Translations under genes and position numbers: made by a program | Part shown: piece by piece, positions 12,300-25,755 of the stretch | Position numbering within the stretch: the first letter of the stretch is position 1 | Layout: each line of letters begins with the position of its first letter | Notes under the pieces: generated by a model | The model's input: the letters and a program-made list of their open reading frames with translations, nothing else | What the model was told of the DNA's origin: nothing | Database searches by the model: none | From: Bilabrum cf. latius | Taxonomy: Eukaryota | Length of the DNA: 64,000 nucleotides | Direction of reading: 5' to 3' | Assembly: GCA_965178125.1 (NCBI GenBank) | Contig: OZ237736.1 | Location: forward strand, 1,674,001-1,738,000

Positions 12300-15200
12300 A
12301 TGCAGCAGCAGTCAGTTAGAGCCGCGGCGGAAATCACACATGCGTAGTGGCTGCGTTGCTACGTGCGCAGAGATGAAAGTTCGGATGCATGGCTTATGTA
12401 CGTAGACTAGCAATGGGGCAGAATGCCGAAGCGCAAGCGTTCCATACGTAAACGACATCAAACATAGGATGATGGCGATGGCGAATTCTTACTCTCTGCT
12501 AGGCGAGTTGGCCCAGTTTTTCTTTTCAGCGAGCACGCGTAGTTTCCAAAAGCATACAAGCCGCATGCAGGCCTCGAAGAATAGTCCGCGCTGGGGAGGT
12601 ACGTCGCAGCTTTGGTCCCTGTGCGTCACCCGGCAAGCAAAATGCAGGGTAGCACTTTTAGTAGCACCTAGCATGGCACTAAGGCCGAGGAGATAGTCTC
12701 AATGGAAGCTCAATCTCCAAAACAATATGCATTGCGGCTGGTAGGGTGCGGGTGCTTGTGTGCGCTGTGCCGCGGCCACGGGGGCTGCGGGTCGGTTGAC
12801 GCGAGGTGCCGCCTGGTTGGAGCAAGCAGCGCTGTCGGTAGTACCGCGTCGGGCTCTCTTGGGTTTGACAGGCGTAAACCAGAAAATAGTTTACGAAACA
12901 ATCGTAGCGCCGGCACTGAAGCTGCCCGCCACAGCCTGTCGGGCCTCAGCAAGGGTAGCCGGGATAGTCGCAGCCGCAGAGAGCGGGATCGGGCCAGGCG
13001 CAGGAGGGCCAGCTTGGCGGCAGCGGCAGGCAGTGCGTCGGGCGGGGCCGCTGCTGCAGCAGCTGCTGCCCTGCAGTCGGAGAGTTGGACTGGCGCGAGC
13101 GCTGTCGTGTCTGTGCCAGCTGTGCCAGCAGTTGTTGGGCCGGCAGGCACTGCGCCAGGGCGAAGCAGCAGCCCCGATGCACCCGGCGATGACCTCGTAG
13201 CTGCTATGTTCGGCGGAAATGGAGCGGAGCCCGTGGAGTCTACTACCCATGATTCTACGTTGTTTCCCGCGTCTCAGGGACTGACCTCCCCTGGCCTGCT
13301 GCAGATGGAGGAGGGGAGGAGGCGGGGCAGGAGCAGCGGGGGCAGCGCGGGTAGAGGGCCTGTGCGATCCCAGTGGAGAGATGAGAGTAGCAGTCTCGTG
13401 CAGGACTCGCAGTAGCAATCTGAGTCCACGCAGTCTGGAGGCGGAAGCGCGCTGCTGGTAAGGGGCAGGTCCTCGTCACAGGGGATTGCCAGTTCGGCAG
13501 CTGGTGCTGCATCTGCGTCCTCTCTGCCTGGTGGCGTTGAGGCGGAGGAAGACCTGCTGGTGCAGGCCGAAAGAGCCATTGCAAGTCTGCCGGGAAGCGT
13601 TACAACCGGTGTGAGCGCAACTGGAGGTGACGGAGGATCACCAGGGCCGGGTATGCGAGGCAAGGCTGGTAGCCGACACGGCATGTCGCATCGCCCTGGC
13701 GCACTGTCGCTTGGTAGCCCGTACGGTGAGGTTGCGGGTCCATCTTCAAAGACCCATACCCCGCGGTTCTCGATTTCTGGATCCGCTCGTACCTTGGGTT
13801 CCCCCCATGGCATAGCCCACGGTGCAGGTGGTGCAGCTCGCGACTCGATCGTAGGTGCATCCTAGGACAAAGCAGAGTGGTCGGCCAGGGGATCTCTCGC
13901 GGGGCTGCCTCCCACGACCGGAATGACTGGAGCGAAACCAATGGTCGACTCCAGACGGGGCTCAAAAGAATCCGAAGGGCTCATGGGCGAAACTCGTAGC
14001 GGTGCTGTCGACCGTCTGCGACCTGCCGGGTATTCCTCACTGGAACTGGAGCCCGGCGACGGGCACGGACGTGACATTGAGGCTGCGTTAGCTGCAGGGG
14101 CGCGAGGCAGTAGGGAGCCCTCAGAGAGCGGGGCAGCCCCTCCCCCGAGATTAGTGCCGGCCGCGCTTGCTTCTGACCTGCGCACCTTGCTTCGGCGCGA
14201 GGTACTGCGCGTAGAGGTGCGTGCTGCCCTTGATCGCGACGTAACACGGAGGGCGGCACTCAGGGCGCTGAGGCACCGAGCCGTGCGTGGTCGTCCCGAT
14301 AGGCAGAGAGCAGTGGCCCTGGCAGCCAGGGAGGCTTTGCTTCCGCAGGAGCTGTCGGCCCTTGGGTTGGAAGGTGGGTCGGCTGACCCGGTTGAAGCAA
14401 AGACGGGCCGGTAGGGAACGAGGCGCATTCAAAGTGCTTGGGCTTCGGAGGACCGCGCTGTCTCTACTCCAGTGGGGAAGGGGGGTGGGCAACTGGGGCC
14501 CTGGAGGGAGGAGAGCCGCACCAGGTCTAGTACCATGGTGATGAACGAGGCAGACCGGACACCGATGGCATCGGCAAGGTTGAAGCAGCGCTAGAAAGCT
14601 CAGCATGAAGATGACGCGGGGCCGAGCATGCGAACGTTGGCCCTGGCTGTACCACTGCCATCCGCAGTCACAGGCCACTCAAAGCATACCCCTGCCAGCG
14701 AAGACGAACGGTGGGCCAGTGCCGCTGGTGGCAGATCCATTTCGGCTCCTGATCGACGGTGGTTGCTGGTACCGGTGTGGTGTCCGGTTCACCATGCCTT
14801 TCGCGGTTGCGAGGAGCATCGTGAGCAGCACCTACTGGACCCATTGGATGGCACACCGGCGGGGTATCGTTCCCTGGCTCCCGGGAATCGTCGGCGTACT
14901 ACTTCAGCGCTTTCTGGCAGGGCCTCCATGGACAGCGCTGGTATCGCTGGGGAGTCGGCGCACGACGAGCCCGAGGGGTCTATGCAGTCGGTGCATGATC
15001 AGGGTGGTGTGCTAGAGGCTGCACCAGCGCTGCCATGGCTAACACGAATGGCAAGTCTTGGCGGTCTGGACCACGGTGAAGACCAGTCAAGGAAGAGCAG
15101 CCAAGCGGACGATGCTCCAGCTGACCCCGTCGCCCTCGCTCATTGGACTGCTTCGGTGAGTGCCGCGATGGGGGAACAAGTTGGACGGGGGGTACTTGGA

Positions 15201-17006
15201 ATGCCAGCACCGCCGGGCCAGGCAGCGATGCGCGCTCTGCTGGACATGCTTCGTCCGCCGGCAGACTCACCTGGAAGCGCTGCCCGCGGCAGATCTGCCA
15301 CAGTCACCGAGCAGCTGGTTCTGTTGAGCAAGAGCAGCAAGGGGAGCAAAGATAGTCCTGTTGATGAAAAAGTAAGCCGTAAACGGCGTAAGTCCCGACT
15401 GCTTTCCTCCGCGTCCTACGGCAGCACGTCAACAGGAAGCCGGGAAAGTAGGGCTGGCCACTGCGAGGCAGGCGCCCAGGACATACACAGCGCAGAGCGC
15501 GATCCGTTGAGCCAGCCCGGGTCAGCGCCAACTCTTTCAACTACTGCTAGGCGACCATTCACGGCATCAGGCCGCTCGAATAGTGTGGAGCGGCGCACGC
15601 TTCGTGCAAGCGGGTCCAGCTCCAGACTCGCCCAGGTGGAACCTGCGCCGTTAACCGCCGATAACACGCCAAGGTCTGCGTCTGGAGAAGGAGACCAGGC
15701 TACAAGCGGCTCTGATGAGAAGCTGTGGGAGTCGCCTGTCTCGCGGGCCAGCCGTCCCGTCACTGCACCATCAACTCGCGGACCACGCGTCCGACAAGAC
15801 ACAGACGACAGTTCCGGACAGCCTTCCCGGCAGGACCAAGCGACTGACCGACATGAAGCTGCCGTGTAGCACGCGAGTGATGATCCGGTGCTAAGCATTG
15901 CAATCCGCAAGGGGCGCTCCTCCGGCGGATCGCGCACGCAGCCAGTGGTAGGCCTGCGCATGCAACTACCCGCCAGCCCCGCGGAGTCCGCTGCAAGCTC
16001 TGCTGCCGAACCTAGCGTCGGGTCTGTCGATAGCGCCGCCATGTTGCGGCTGGAAGGGCGTCCTGTGACTACCGCAATGGCGGTGCATGATGCCCGAGCA
16101 AAGCAAAGACGCAGGCGCCGCGGCAGCACTGCCAGCGCTTCGCGGCCGCTCTCTGGTTCCACAGGTCGGCCGAAAGGACTAGGCCTCGGAGGCATGCAGG
16201 GCACCCCGACAGACTCGCAGTCCTGGATGAGCTTCACCGAGGACGGGAGAAGCTCGGTCGCTGGTAGGTCGTCTGCTTTTGGATCCAAGGGAGTGCGGGG
16301 GCCGATCCGCTCCGGAGGCGACCTGCGCTGCCTGGATCCACAGGCTGCCCGCGCCGAAGAGGTGCCTTTTGCGATGCCATCACAAGCCCCCGCTGTGCTG
16401 GTGGCTAGAAGTAGGCTGCCGGCCTTCGTGTTGCGTCCAGGGAACAAAGGTGGTGGCCTTGAGGCATTACTGGGCGTGCAGTTTGAGGGCGGGCGGGACC
16501 GCATTTCGAAGGGCAGCAGCAAGAACTTCGTGATGGAGGCCCCGCTAGCGGCCCTCGTTCGGGCGGGGGTGCGCCTCGCGCTGCCTGAGGGCAAGGAGGC
16601 ACCCGCGCTGAGGGGGGTGCCTCCCTCTCTGCTAGCCATGCCCAGAGCACTTGCTCTTGGACAGTCCGACGAGGAAGAGGGGCCGGGCAGTCTGAGTGAC
16701 CAGCATTAGCACCAGCAGCCGGAAGCAGGAGCAGGAGCCGCGGTGCGGAGAGCCACTGCCAGCAGCGCGCAGGTCCCGCTGCTGCAGTTCGGCAGGAGTG
16801 GACAGAGGCGCTTTGCTGTGGACTTCCTGTACCCGCTCGTGAGCCCTGCACAAGCGCTAGGAGCTCTTTTGTCGTGCTTCTCGCACGCAGTGGTAGAGAG
16901 AGCAGAGGCTGAGGGAATGCTTGAACCTCCATCCGTGCGTGGCCCAGCGGCTGCCGATGGTAGTGACGATCGAGGCCTCTGGCACGCAGCTGGCGTCGCG
17001 CTTTGA
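12300..17006 (+). CDS. Large Tubby-domain protein (~1570 aa); Tubby domain interrupted by a long low-complexity region
   Basis: Six tracked ORFs (12702, 13560, 13923, 14628, 15888, 16743) share one frame, separated only by TAG. N-terminal LRCYVRRD...FLLSARR and C-terminal FEGGR...SSKNF...LLQFGR....FAVDFLYPL.SPAQA...LSCF match Tubby motifs. TGA stop. Start uncertain (frame is open further upstream). Confidence 0.75.
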
Positions 17007-17327
17007 TATAAATATTGAGACTGTGTATATATCGGCCCATGTGTTTTGCCCCTTCACGATGAGCAAAGCGGAACCTTTAGATGCAGTGCCGAATTCGCAG
17101 TGCGCGGCGCCCGCGTTCACCTCAAATATTGTGGTTTGCAGATAGGGCGTGTTTAGATTGTCCCGGCCTCGCAGTTTCGTGCGATCATCTTAAGCTCTGT
17201 CGCAAACGCTAAGCGCGCAGCTCGGGGGTTCTGCAACAACCGTCTGGGTGCTTCTCTGTGGATCTACAAATACTCGTGCGTTCCAACCGCCCCCTTGAGC
17301 GCCCTACCGGGCCTCTGCATACGAAGC

Positions 17328-20210
17328 ATGAGCACATCTTCTGTTTCATAGACTGCTAAAGCCGCTGCTGCTGGAAGAGCACCGGACACTCTGCCTCCGC
17401 ACCTGCCGGTGCGAGCTGGAGAACGGTCTATCGTGGAGGGTGCAGTCACGGCAGTCGCACCAGGGACAGATGCTGCATTTTACAATCAAGTTCAGGTTCT
17501 TAACAGGGATGTCAGCACAGCTGCTTTACGGGTTTGGGATCGCCGTCGCCGGAAAGAAGCGACAAAGAAGTAGGTAGTCCGAGCCGTGAAAAGTGCACTC
17601 GTTCGGGAGCTGAGGAAGAACGAGGCTGGGCCGAAGGAAGTCTGGACGGCTGGAGGTACTATGGCCGGAGGGATGGGGAGTGCGGAAAGCATGGATTCGA
17701 AAGAGGAGGGATCCCCGGAGGAGGTAGCAAAACTGGCTGAGGCAGCAATTGCAGAAGGCTACAAGGCCCGCTTAGCCGCAGAGACACAAGACGATCCAAG
17801 CAGTGGTGATGCTGCTTCGAGTGGAAGTGGTCCAGTCCCTGGAGACGGGCTCCCAGGAATGAGGATTTTTGAGGCGCTGGCAGCCACGGGCCTCCGAAGC
17901 GCGCGGTACTGCAGGGAGGTCCCCCGAGTGGCCGAGTGCATCGCCAACGACCTCCAGCAAACTGCAGTTGAGGCTGCAAAGCGAAACCTGGCGCTAAACG
18001 GAGTGTGCCCGCAGCGAGCTCGCGCACAGCGTAACGACGCCATCGCAGCCATGTTCGAGGCCAGACTGCCCCTCGAGCGGTTCGACGTAGTGGACCTCGA
18101 CCCCTACGGCTCCCCGGCCCCATTCCTGGACACCGCGCTGTAGAGCGTGGCAGACGGGGGCTTGCTCTGCGTGACAGCCACGGATATGATTGTGCTTGCA
18201 GGCAGCATGACCTCTGTGGCCTGGGCCAAGTACGGCAGGCAGCCGGTCAAGGGGGGCAGCGTCCATTCCGAGCAGGCGCTGCGGCTGGTGCTGGGCACTG
18301 TGCATGAGGTAGCTGCCCGGCACAGGCTGTGCATCCAGCCGCTGCTGAGCCTGTAGGCGGACTTCTATCTGCGGTGCTTCATTCGGGTGTGGCGCCAGCC
18401 CCAGGGCGCCATCGTGGGCGGGGCCATGCAGGGCATGCTGCTGCAGTGCTCCGACTGCCCTGCATGGTGGGTGCAGCCGCTGGGGAGGGCGCACTTCGGC
18501 GGGAAGGGCGGCACGAGCAAGGGAAAACGCAGTCGCAAGGCTCGATCGAAGGCCCAGGCTACCAGTAGCGCTGATGAGAGAGAAGGCGGGAAGGACGCGC
18601 CACTTGGAAGCGGTTCTGCCGGCTGTGCATCTGCAGGGAAGGTGGCTGATAAGACCGTCGTGGCCCCTGGCTCCTCCGCAAGCAGCAGTGTGAACACTTT
18701 AAGTTCGTCGCAATCTGCTGCACACCCACCGAGCCGCCCCGCTCCAACCTCTGTGACACTCGGAGCACGCCCCGAGTGGGCCTCTGAAGGCACTGCCGGG
18801 CTACCTGACGTCGAGCGCATGCCTCAAAAAGTAACCCCTGCCCGGGTGTCCGTTGTGGACAGCACCGTTGGGAGGGCTGGCAAGCGGCCTAGGCCTGACC
18901 TGGAGGTAGCGCCGGCGACGGAGCCCGGTGTCAGCGCCCTGGGTCCCGGTGGGGTGTGCGGCGTGTGCGAGGGCCCAGTGAGCATCGGGGGGCCTCTGTG
19001 GATGGGGCCACTGCATGATCCCGCCTTTGTTGATGACGTGAGAGGGGAGCTGGGGGCTCTGCTGGGAGATGGCAGACACAGCGGTGCGTCGGATGGTGCA
19101 GCGAACTCCGGTGCAGGCGCAGATGCAAGCGTGGACACAACAGTCGACTGTGGTGTAGATGAGTATGCCGGAGGGTACGCCGTGCCTGCCTCACTATTTT
19201 GGTTGGCTCCAGAACAGCACAGCGAGGGAGTCGGCGAGCCGCTGGAGCCCTGGAGGTGCCCTGTTGAGACAGTGGTGAACCAGCGTGTGTCGGGGTCGGT
19301 CAAGCATGTCCAAAGCGCCAAGCATGCGCCAGCCGTGTCTGCGTCCGCAACCGACCCCATGTCTGCCTCTCAAGCTCCGTACGCGGCTCCGATCGGGTGC
19401 TAGCAGCTGCCCTTGCCTCTCGGTCCTGGGGAGCAGGCCGTCACTGGCCGCCGCTCTGGGGAGGCACCTGACGCCGGCAGCAACGACATTGCCACTGTCC
19501 GGACATCCCGGCGCCGCCTCTTGGGCCTGCTAGGTGCGATTGGGTCCGAGCTGCTGGACGCCCCCTTCTACACGATCCCCTCTGCGTGGAGCAGCGCCAC
19601 CAAGGTGCTGCAGGGGATGCCTCGGGGGGAGCTGGAGGCGGCGCTGCACCGGCTGGGATACCGCACCAGTCCCGCCCACGGATCAGCCCACGCTGTCAAG
19701 ACCGATGCTCCAGCTGGGGCGATCGCTGCAGTGGCGAGGGCCTGGGCGCTTCGCCACCCTAACCCCAAGGTGCAGGCCGAGCTGGAGGCTGCCAGCGCGG
19801 CGGGTGCGGACGCGAGTGTTGGCCTGTCCCTTGCTGCACGCATCACCCGCGGGCTGCCTGGGGCCATGGGCCGCAGGGCAGATGCGCTCCGAGACGCCGT
19901 GCAGTTCGGGGGTCTTGGGGATCCAGCCGGGGGTGTCTCCTCGTCCTCATCCTCGTCCTCAGCGGCGAGGGGTGCTCGCAAGGAGAGGCATGCACAAGGG
20001 GTCAAGTTCCTCTCAAATCCGTAGCCCGCCTGGGGGCCCAAGCAAAGGGCTAGGGGGGTCGGCGCCAGCGAGACTCAGGCTGCCAGAGGCGGGGAGCATC
20101 GGCAGTCACAGCCACAGCCAGACATGGAGGACGGCGATGCGGCTGCTGGCAGAGCTGGGGGTGAGCCGGCCTCCAAGCGCCCACGAGTGGACGGTGTACC
20201 ATCATCGTGA
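17328..20210 (+). CDS. TRM1: tRNA (guanine26-N2)-dimethyltransferase
   Basis: [96 protein letters not shown]. One frame with several TAGs; TGA stop. Confidence 0.95.
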
Positions 20211-20290
20211 TCTGTGACTGGCTGCCCTGCACATTGGAATACTTGCTGCAGTGAACCGTATCGCCGCTGACATCGTTTGTGTGTGCCTGT

Positions 20291-21205
20291 TCACTGGTCC
20301 GCGCCGCCACTGGTCGGCAGAGAGGAATTCATCCAGGCAAGAGGGTGGCTGTCGTGCGTGATTCTCGACCTGCTTGAGATCTATTGATGAGCTTCAAGTC
20401 CCCTCATCTGCATCTACCACCGGCGCGCTGCTGCCAAGCACGGAGTACCCACGCTCCACCAGACTGATATGCTGAAACAAGCTATCGAGCACAGGGTCCA
20501 ACATACGCCTATTAGCCGAGGAGGTAGCCAGCCTCCCGTAGCAAACTCAGAGAATTGGACAGCGTCGTTCTGCACTGCTGCTACTCCTCCAGCGACAGTG
20601 TCGGGATTGACTACCAGCACCCAGCAGTCAAATACGGCATGTAAGCCTGTGGCTATAGCTAAAAGATTCAGGGCAAATAATGCGTGGGATAATGAAGCCT
20701 GCAGCCCAATAGCCAGAAAATACCCACCGCAGCCAATTCCAATCAAGTTCCCAAGATAAGACCCTGTACCATCGGATACAGCAAGAAGCAGAGTTGGGCA
20801 CAACAGAAATATCCCAATAGATATGCACAGAACTTTGGCGTATTGAGGGCCAGGAGCTCGGTGCGTTGCCACTAGCAGCGCGGATCCAAACATGGCAGCG
20901 CCGAGATATCCTGCGGAGGCCACAAATGCAGCCCTGTAATTGCTAGATACAACTGTGGAAGCAAGCCCAGATCCATCCATTGATATGGTGAACGATACTA
21001 TATGCCCTCCGACGAGCAATGCAGCAAGGCAGTGCCCGATCTCGTGTGTAAGCGTGACTGCGAAGCGCAGAGGGGCCACCACGGTACTGGCCAGCCATGG
21101 ATTCCAAAGGACTAACAAGCAACCAGCCGACCAAAATGCTACCCAAAGAGATGAGTCCGTCTACTTTGAATGTTCCTTGAGCATGGTGGAGGGTACGTTT
21201 AGCAT
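20291..21205 (-). CDS. Peptidase M50B-like membrane metalloprotease
   Basis: LTHEIGH (HExxH), ASAGYLG and NDA motifs, several TM helices. Reads through TAG 20414 to TGA 20291. Start ATG 21205 or 21184 is uncertain. Confidence 0.85.
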
Positions 21206-21488
21206 AGATGCCGGCTGGATCCGTGGATCAGGCTCCGAGTCCGAGCCTACTAAATCTAGTAGGACCTGGACTAGGCCTAGCCAAAACACCCGCCTGCCAT
21301 GCCTGAGTGTCTCAGTCCTACCTGGTCTCGAAGGCTAGCTCGGCCCAATTGTGGCCGTTGTAGGCTGTTTGTGTTCGCCAGCCAGGTGCCAGAAGGGATC
21401 AAGCGTGTTGGTGACACTGCTGGCTGCCCGCGAATGAAAGGACAAGTCGCCGGTGCAGGTGCACAGCATTCGCCCCGCCGGGTTGTCT

Positions 21489-22195
21489 TCAATCAGTGCC
21501 TCCGCTGTCCTTACTACCGCCGTCCCCAGAAGATGGCCCAAATCCCTTGCTAGACACGATGTCCCGTATGCTACTCATGAGCGCCTCCTCCTTCTCCTGC
21601 TGCTTCTCGAAGCTCACCTGCGCGAGTGCCCTCCTCTCCTCGGCCGTGTACACCTGACCCTCCTTCCGCAGCCTCACCTCCTCCATCCTCTTGTTGCGAC
21701 TGCCTGTCATCACGTACCCGAGCCCCTCAAGCATCGAGATCTAGTCACCGCTCCAGCTCACCTCCCCACGCCGCGGGATGCGCTGCCCCTCCGCCGCGAA
21801 CTTTGCCATTGCCTCCCCCTCGCCAGGCCTGAGCGCACCGCCGAACCCTCCGCTGCCCCTACCTGCGCTGGACCCAGCCTGCTCTCGTGCCGCCTGTCTC
21901 TCTAAGGCCCGCCGCTTCAGAGCGTCTTCACCTAGCACTGCCCCTGCAGCTGGGAGCGGGCCCTCCTCCTCCTCCTCGTCCTCGTCGCTGTCGGTGCCAC
22001 CGCCACTCTTCGCACCAGCCCGCTCGCTCCCGCCCCGTGAGGGTGCCTCAGGGGCCCCATCACCGGTGGCTCCATCTGACTCCCCATCCATGGGGACTGA
22101 TCTGCCCAGGCTGCTCAGCATATCGGGGTCGCCAGACTTGGAGCCGCGTACTGACTGCCGGTGCGCTGTCTGCTCCATGTGTTGCCCTGCAGACG

Positions 22196-22277
<82 letters not shown>

Positions 22278-22748
22278 ACCAAGTTTTAGATTATTACCTG
22301 AGTGAATCACATTGATAGATTCTGCTTCGTCGCGAGATACGTTGCGGTTTGAGGCGGGCTCCTTGTCAGCGAGAATCTTGGCCGGACCGGGGTCCTCCCC
22401 CCAAATCCACGGAGTCGGCAATCGCCGTCGTTCACGAGCTCTAGCAACCAGCTCGGCCTCACTTCTGAAGCCCCGCCGAGGTGCGCATTGGGCTTGTTCG
22501 TACCTATGCGGCTGTGGCTCCCTGCTGGGCCAAGCCCTGTCGCGAGGCTGCCACCTCTATCTCTCTTCTTGTTGAAAATTTCGTCCCTCCTGCCTACCAC
22601 CAGCACGGCTGCCACGATCAAATCTACTAGTTGAACTTCCGCGTGGCTAGCCACCGTATCTGTCCGGATTCGTCATGTATGCTGGTAGTGTGGCTCCACG
22701 ACCTCTACCAGCGCCAGCACCGGGCGCTCGCCGTCCAAACTCGTCCAT
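21489..22748 (-). CDS. NKAP: NKAP (NF-kB-activating protein)-like spliceosomal factor
   Basis: FGGALRPGEGEAMAKF...GQRIPRRGEV...*I..LE.LGYVMTGSRNKRMEEVRLRKEGQVYTAEERRAL is the NKAP C-terminal domain, with TAG 21741 inside it. ATG 22748; TGA 21489. Confidence 0.9.
22198..22275. repeat. (CTG)26 microsatellite, encoding poly-Ser (AGC) in NKAP
   Basis: Perfect trinucleotide run seen directly. Confidence 0.95.
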
Positions 22749-22943
22749 GGCCGTTTTATAAATACAGCACTGGTGGCAATGCGAACGTTTCTTTTTTTGA
22801 TTGATATCTTGTGCCGGGCACTATCGATTTGCTTCGCTTCCTTGGGGTTCCTTAGGAACCAACCCGCTTTGCTTTCAAATACGGCCCACTACGGCCTGGT
22901 GGTGTTCCCAAGTGATTTAAGTTCCTAGGGAGAAGCCATTTTA

Positions 22944-25502
22944 ATGGTGGCTAGAGACCTGTTTGGCTCGAAGGATGTCATTCTGTCGCCGCTTTCGGGA
23001 TTCAAGCGTGTTCGAGACTGCTCAGCCGGGTTTAGCAGCCCCTATAAAGAGTTGGACGATGATGCTATCAATTTTGGTCGGAACATACGGTTATGCACTG
23101 CAGACTCCTAGTGTGATCTCGGGCGAGATCTGTTCAGCCACTCAGAACACCCAGCTTACCCGAGCGACTGGCGACTGCTGGCAAAACTGGCACGCCGCTA
23201 GCACTTCAAAGACCGCGGTATCATCCGTGCAGCTAGAGGAATTGATCTGAACAATTTTGATTATCATGAAGGGTAGTACAAGACATAGCACATTGTTGGG
23301 AGAGGCGGCTTTGGTCGAGTCTGGCGAACTGTGCAGCAAGCCCCGTCCGCTCGTGCATCTGAGTGCCTGCTGGAAGCTTCTGAGCGCGCCATAGCTTCAT
23401 CTGGGAAACAGCGACTTGCAACCTTACCAGACCACTCTCTTTCGGCCGTTAAACGGCATGGAGGCCGCAGTTGGGCCCCGGGTATGGGCCTCAACCCGTG
23501 GGTGATCCGGGAGATTGCCGCCGGGGCTGAGGTGTCGGTGCCTGCCCCTGCAGAGTTGATCTACGGTTCTGTCACAGACAACATCTATTAGAGAGCACCT
23601 ACAAGCGAAACCCTCGAACGCACGTCCCCCACTTGCCCAAGTGCTAGGCTGAAGATGGCATGGCGCGACCACGCAGGGGGCGCCCGCCCCAGCTCTGCAT
23701 GGGAGCTGGGCCAGGGGGATCTAGGGGCTGCTCTTGACGATCAGCAGGGCTAGGGCGCTTTCCAAGACAGTTTTAATGTCAAGTTGGCTAGTTCTGCGCT
23801 CAGGTGCTTGCATTCTGTGCATGTGCGCGGCTGGGAGCACGGCGACATCAAGGTGGACAACATACTGCGCATGGATCCCGGCGGGGGCAGAACTGCGCTG
23901 TGCGACTGGGGGTGTGCGCGACGAATAAACGGCTGGACCTCCTGCACAGAGCGTGACTCGGTGGGGTCCGGCACCCGCGGCAGCTCCCTGTGGCGTGCCC
24001 AGAGGTCCATCGGGTCATTGCCGCGCAGCTAGCAGCAGGTGTGTGTCGACCCACAAGCGCGCCGAGAATGTTCGCATCAGCGCCATAGTGGCATGCTTGT
24101 GGCATGCGCAGTCTCTGGCTAGCCAAAGACCCTGCTTGACGCGGCCCAGCGGGCCCTTATGAATGGGAGGTCCAGCCACGGCAGTGGGGGCTTGGACCAC
24201 CCTGCTGGGACAGCAGCAGTGTCTGTGCAAGAGCAGCCAGTGCCAACGAATACCTCAACTTCATTGAATCTGGCGCAACTCCTCCCGGCTAGCTCAGCCG
24301 CTGGCCCGAGCTCGAGCCGTCCACCCTGTCAGTCGCTGCTCGAAGACGTGAAGGCAGTGGACCGGAGCCTGGGCCCCGCCGCATTGCGCGGAGCGGGAGA
24401 GGACGACTCGTTTGCTCAGAGCATGCTGAGAGCCATGCAAGCTGCAACCGGCAATACGCTAGATATCGAACTTCAGGGTGCTTATGCCTTGTGGCAGCAA
24501 GACAGCTGTGCATCTGCATGGCACGACCCGTGCACGGCTGACTTGTCTCGATGTGGAGGCAGCGTGCCGAGGGAGGCGCCTTGCCCCGCATCCGCTCTCG
24601 CTTGCTGGCAGCTGCAGCTCCATGCAGGTGTAGCTAGTGTGGCGCGCCGGGTGGCCATCGGTGCGCTGCTGTGGCGATTCGGGGGCTGCGATCCCTAGGG
24701 CCCAGGGCAGGGCTGGGTCCCGCAGGCCGGCACTGGGCCTTATCGCCCCCCCGAGGCTGTTGACAGCTCGCATGAAAAGGAGTTGTTTGGCTGCTGGGGC
24801 GGGCGAGCAGGCCTGGTGGCGCTGCAGCCTGGCGCCTTGGCCCAATCTGGGGAGGATGCAGTGCACTGTGTTTCTCGCACGATGCGTCAGTGCGTCCGCG
24901 ATGCAGCGACTGGCCCAGACAAATGGGCCATGGGCCTGGTCCTTGCTGAGGTAGGAAAAGCCGCTGCGCTGCGACGAGCAGGCACTTGTGTGGTCCAGGG
25001 ATGGAGGTGGTGGCGGTCCGCACCACAAGGGCTGTAGGCAAAGCCTGCGATGCGGTCGCCCAGCGGGGATAGCATGCCCTAGGACACATGGGCCCGCAGA
25101 AAGGCAGCGCTGGACAGGGACCCATTCGACGAATCAGACGATGGTTTCGGCAGCCCGACGCAGCCTGCACCGCGAGGCGAGGAGCAGGCCCCCCCGCAAG
25201 ACATGGTGCTGTTAGCAAGGGTCAAGCAGTCCGCCGCCCTATCTCAAGCTAGCACTGCTTCAGTGGATGTGGCGAAGCTTGTGCGGCTTGAATAGGATCC
25301 AAGCGTTGTCTCAAAGAGTAAAAAGGAATTAGCCAAGAGCGATACAGATGGCGGTGGGTGCGTGACCGGCGCTGGGAGGAGCGGACCGAGCCAGACAGCC
25401 GCTCGATTGGTGGAGGCAGCCGGGCACCTGCTGCAGTGGCATGCAGTCCATCGGATGGATCTTTTGGGCGTGCAGAGAATGCTTCTTTTTGGGCTTGAGT
25501 GA
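22944..25502 (+). CDS. Divergent Ser/Thr protein kinase with large insertions (~850 aa)
   Basis: One frame through TAGs: VGRGGFGRVW (G-loop), AVK, HGDIKVDNIL, DWG, GTGPYRPPE, DKWAMG, HLLQW...R. TGA at 25500. Start uncertain. Confidence 0.8.
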
Positions 25503-25755
25503 CTGCCGGCTATACCGTGGGCCTTAGATCTATGACCATATAGACTCGTATAATCACAAGGTCTACCCCGCGTATGGCAAGCCAGGGATTCAGTGAGCCT
25601 TTCACCTCCTCCATTGCCATACAGCAGAGTTCCCCAACGAATGGCAAAGGCTGCATGACGAGAAAGTCAGGCAGCCGAGCGCCGTGTACCAAAAGCTACC
25701 TCTGCCGCTGGCGGTTTGCATCTGGGCGGCGCTCGAGACAGTCCTCAGACGCTCA

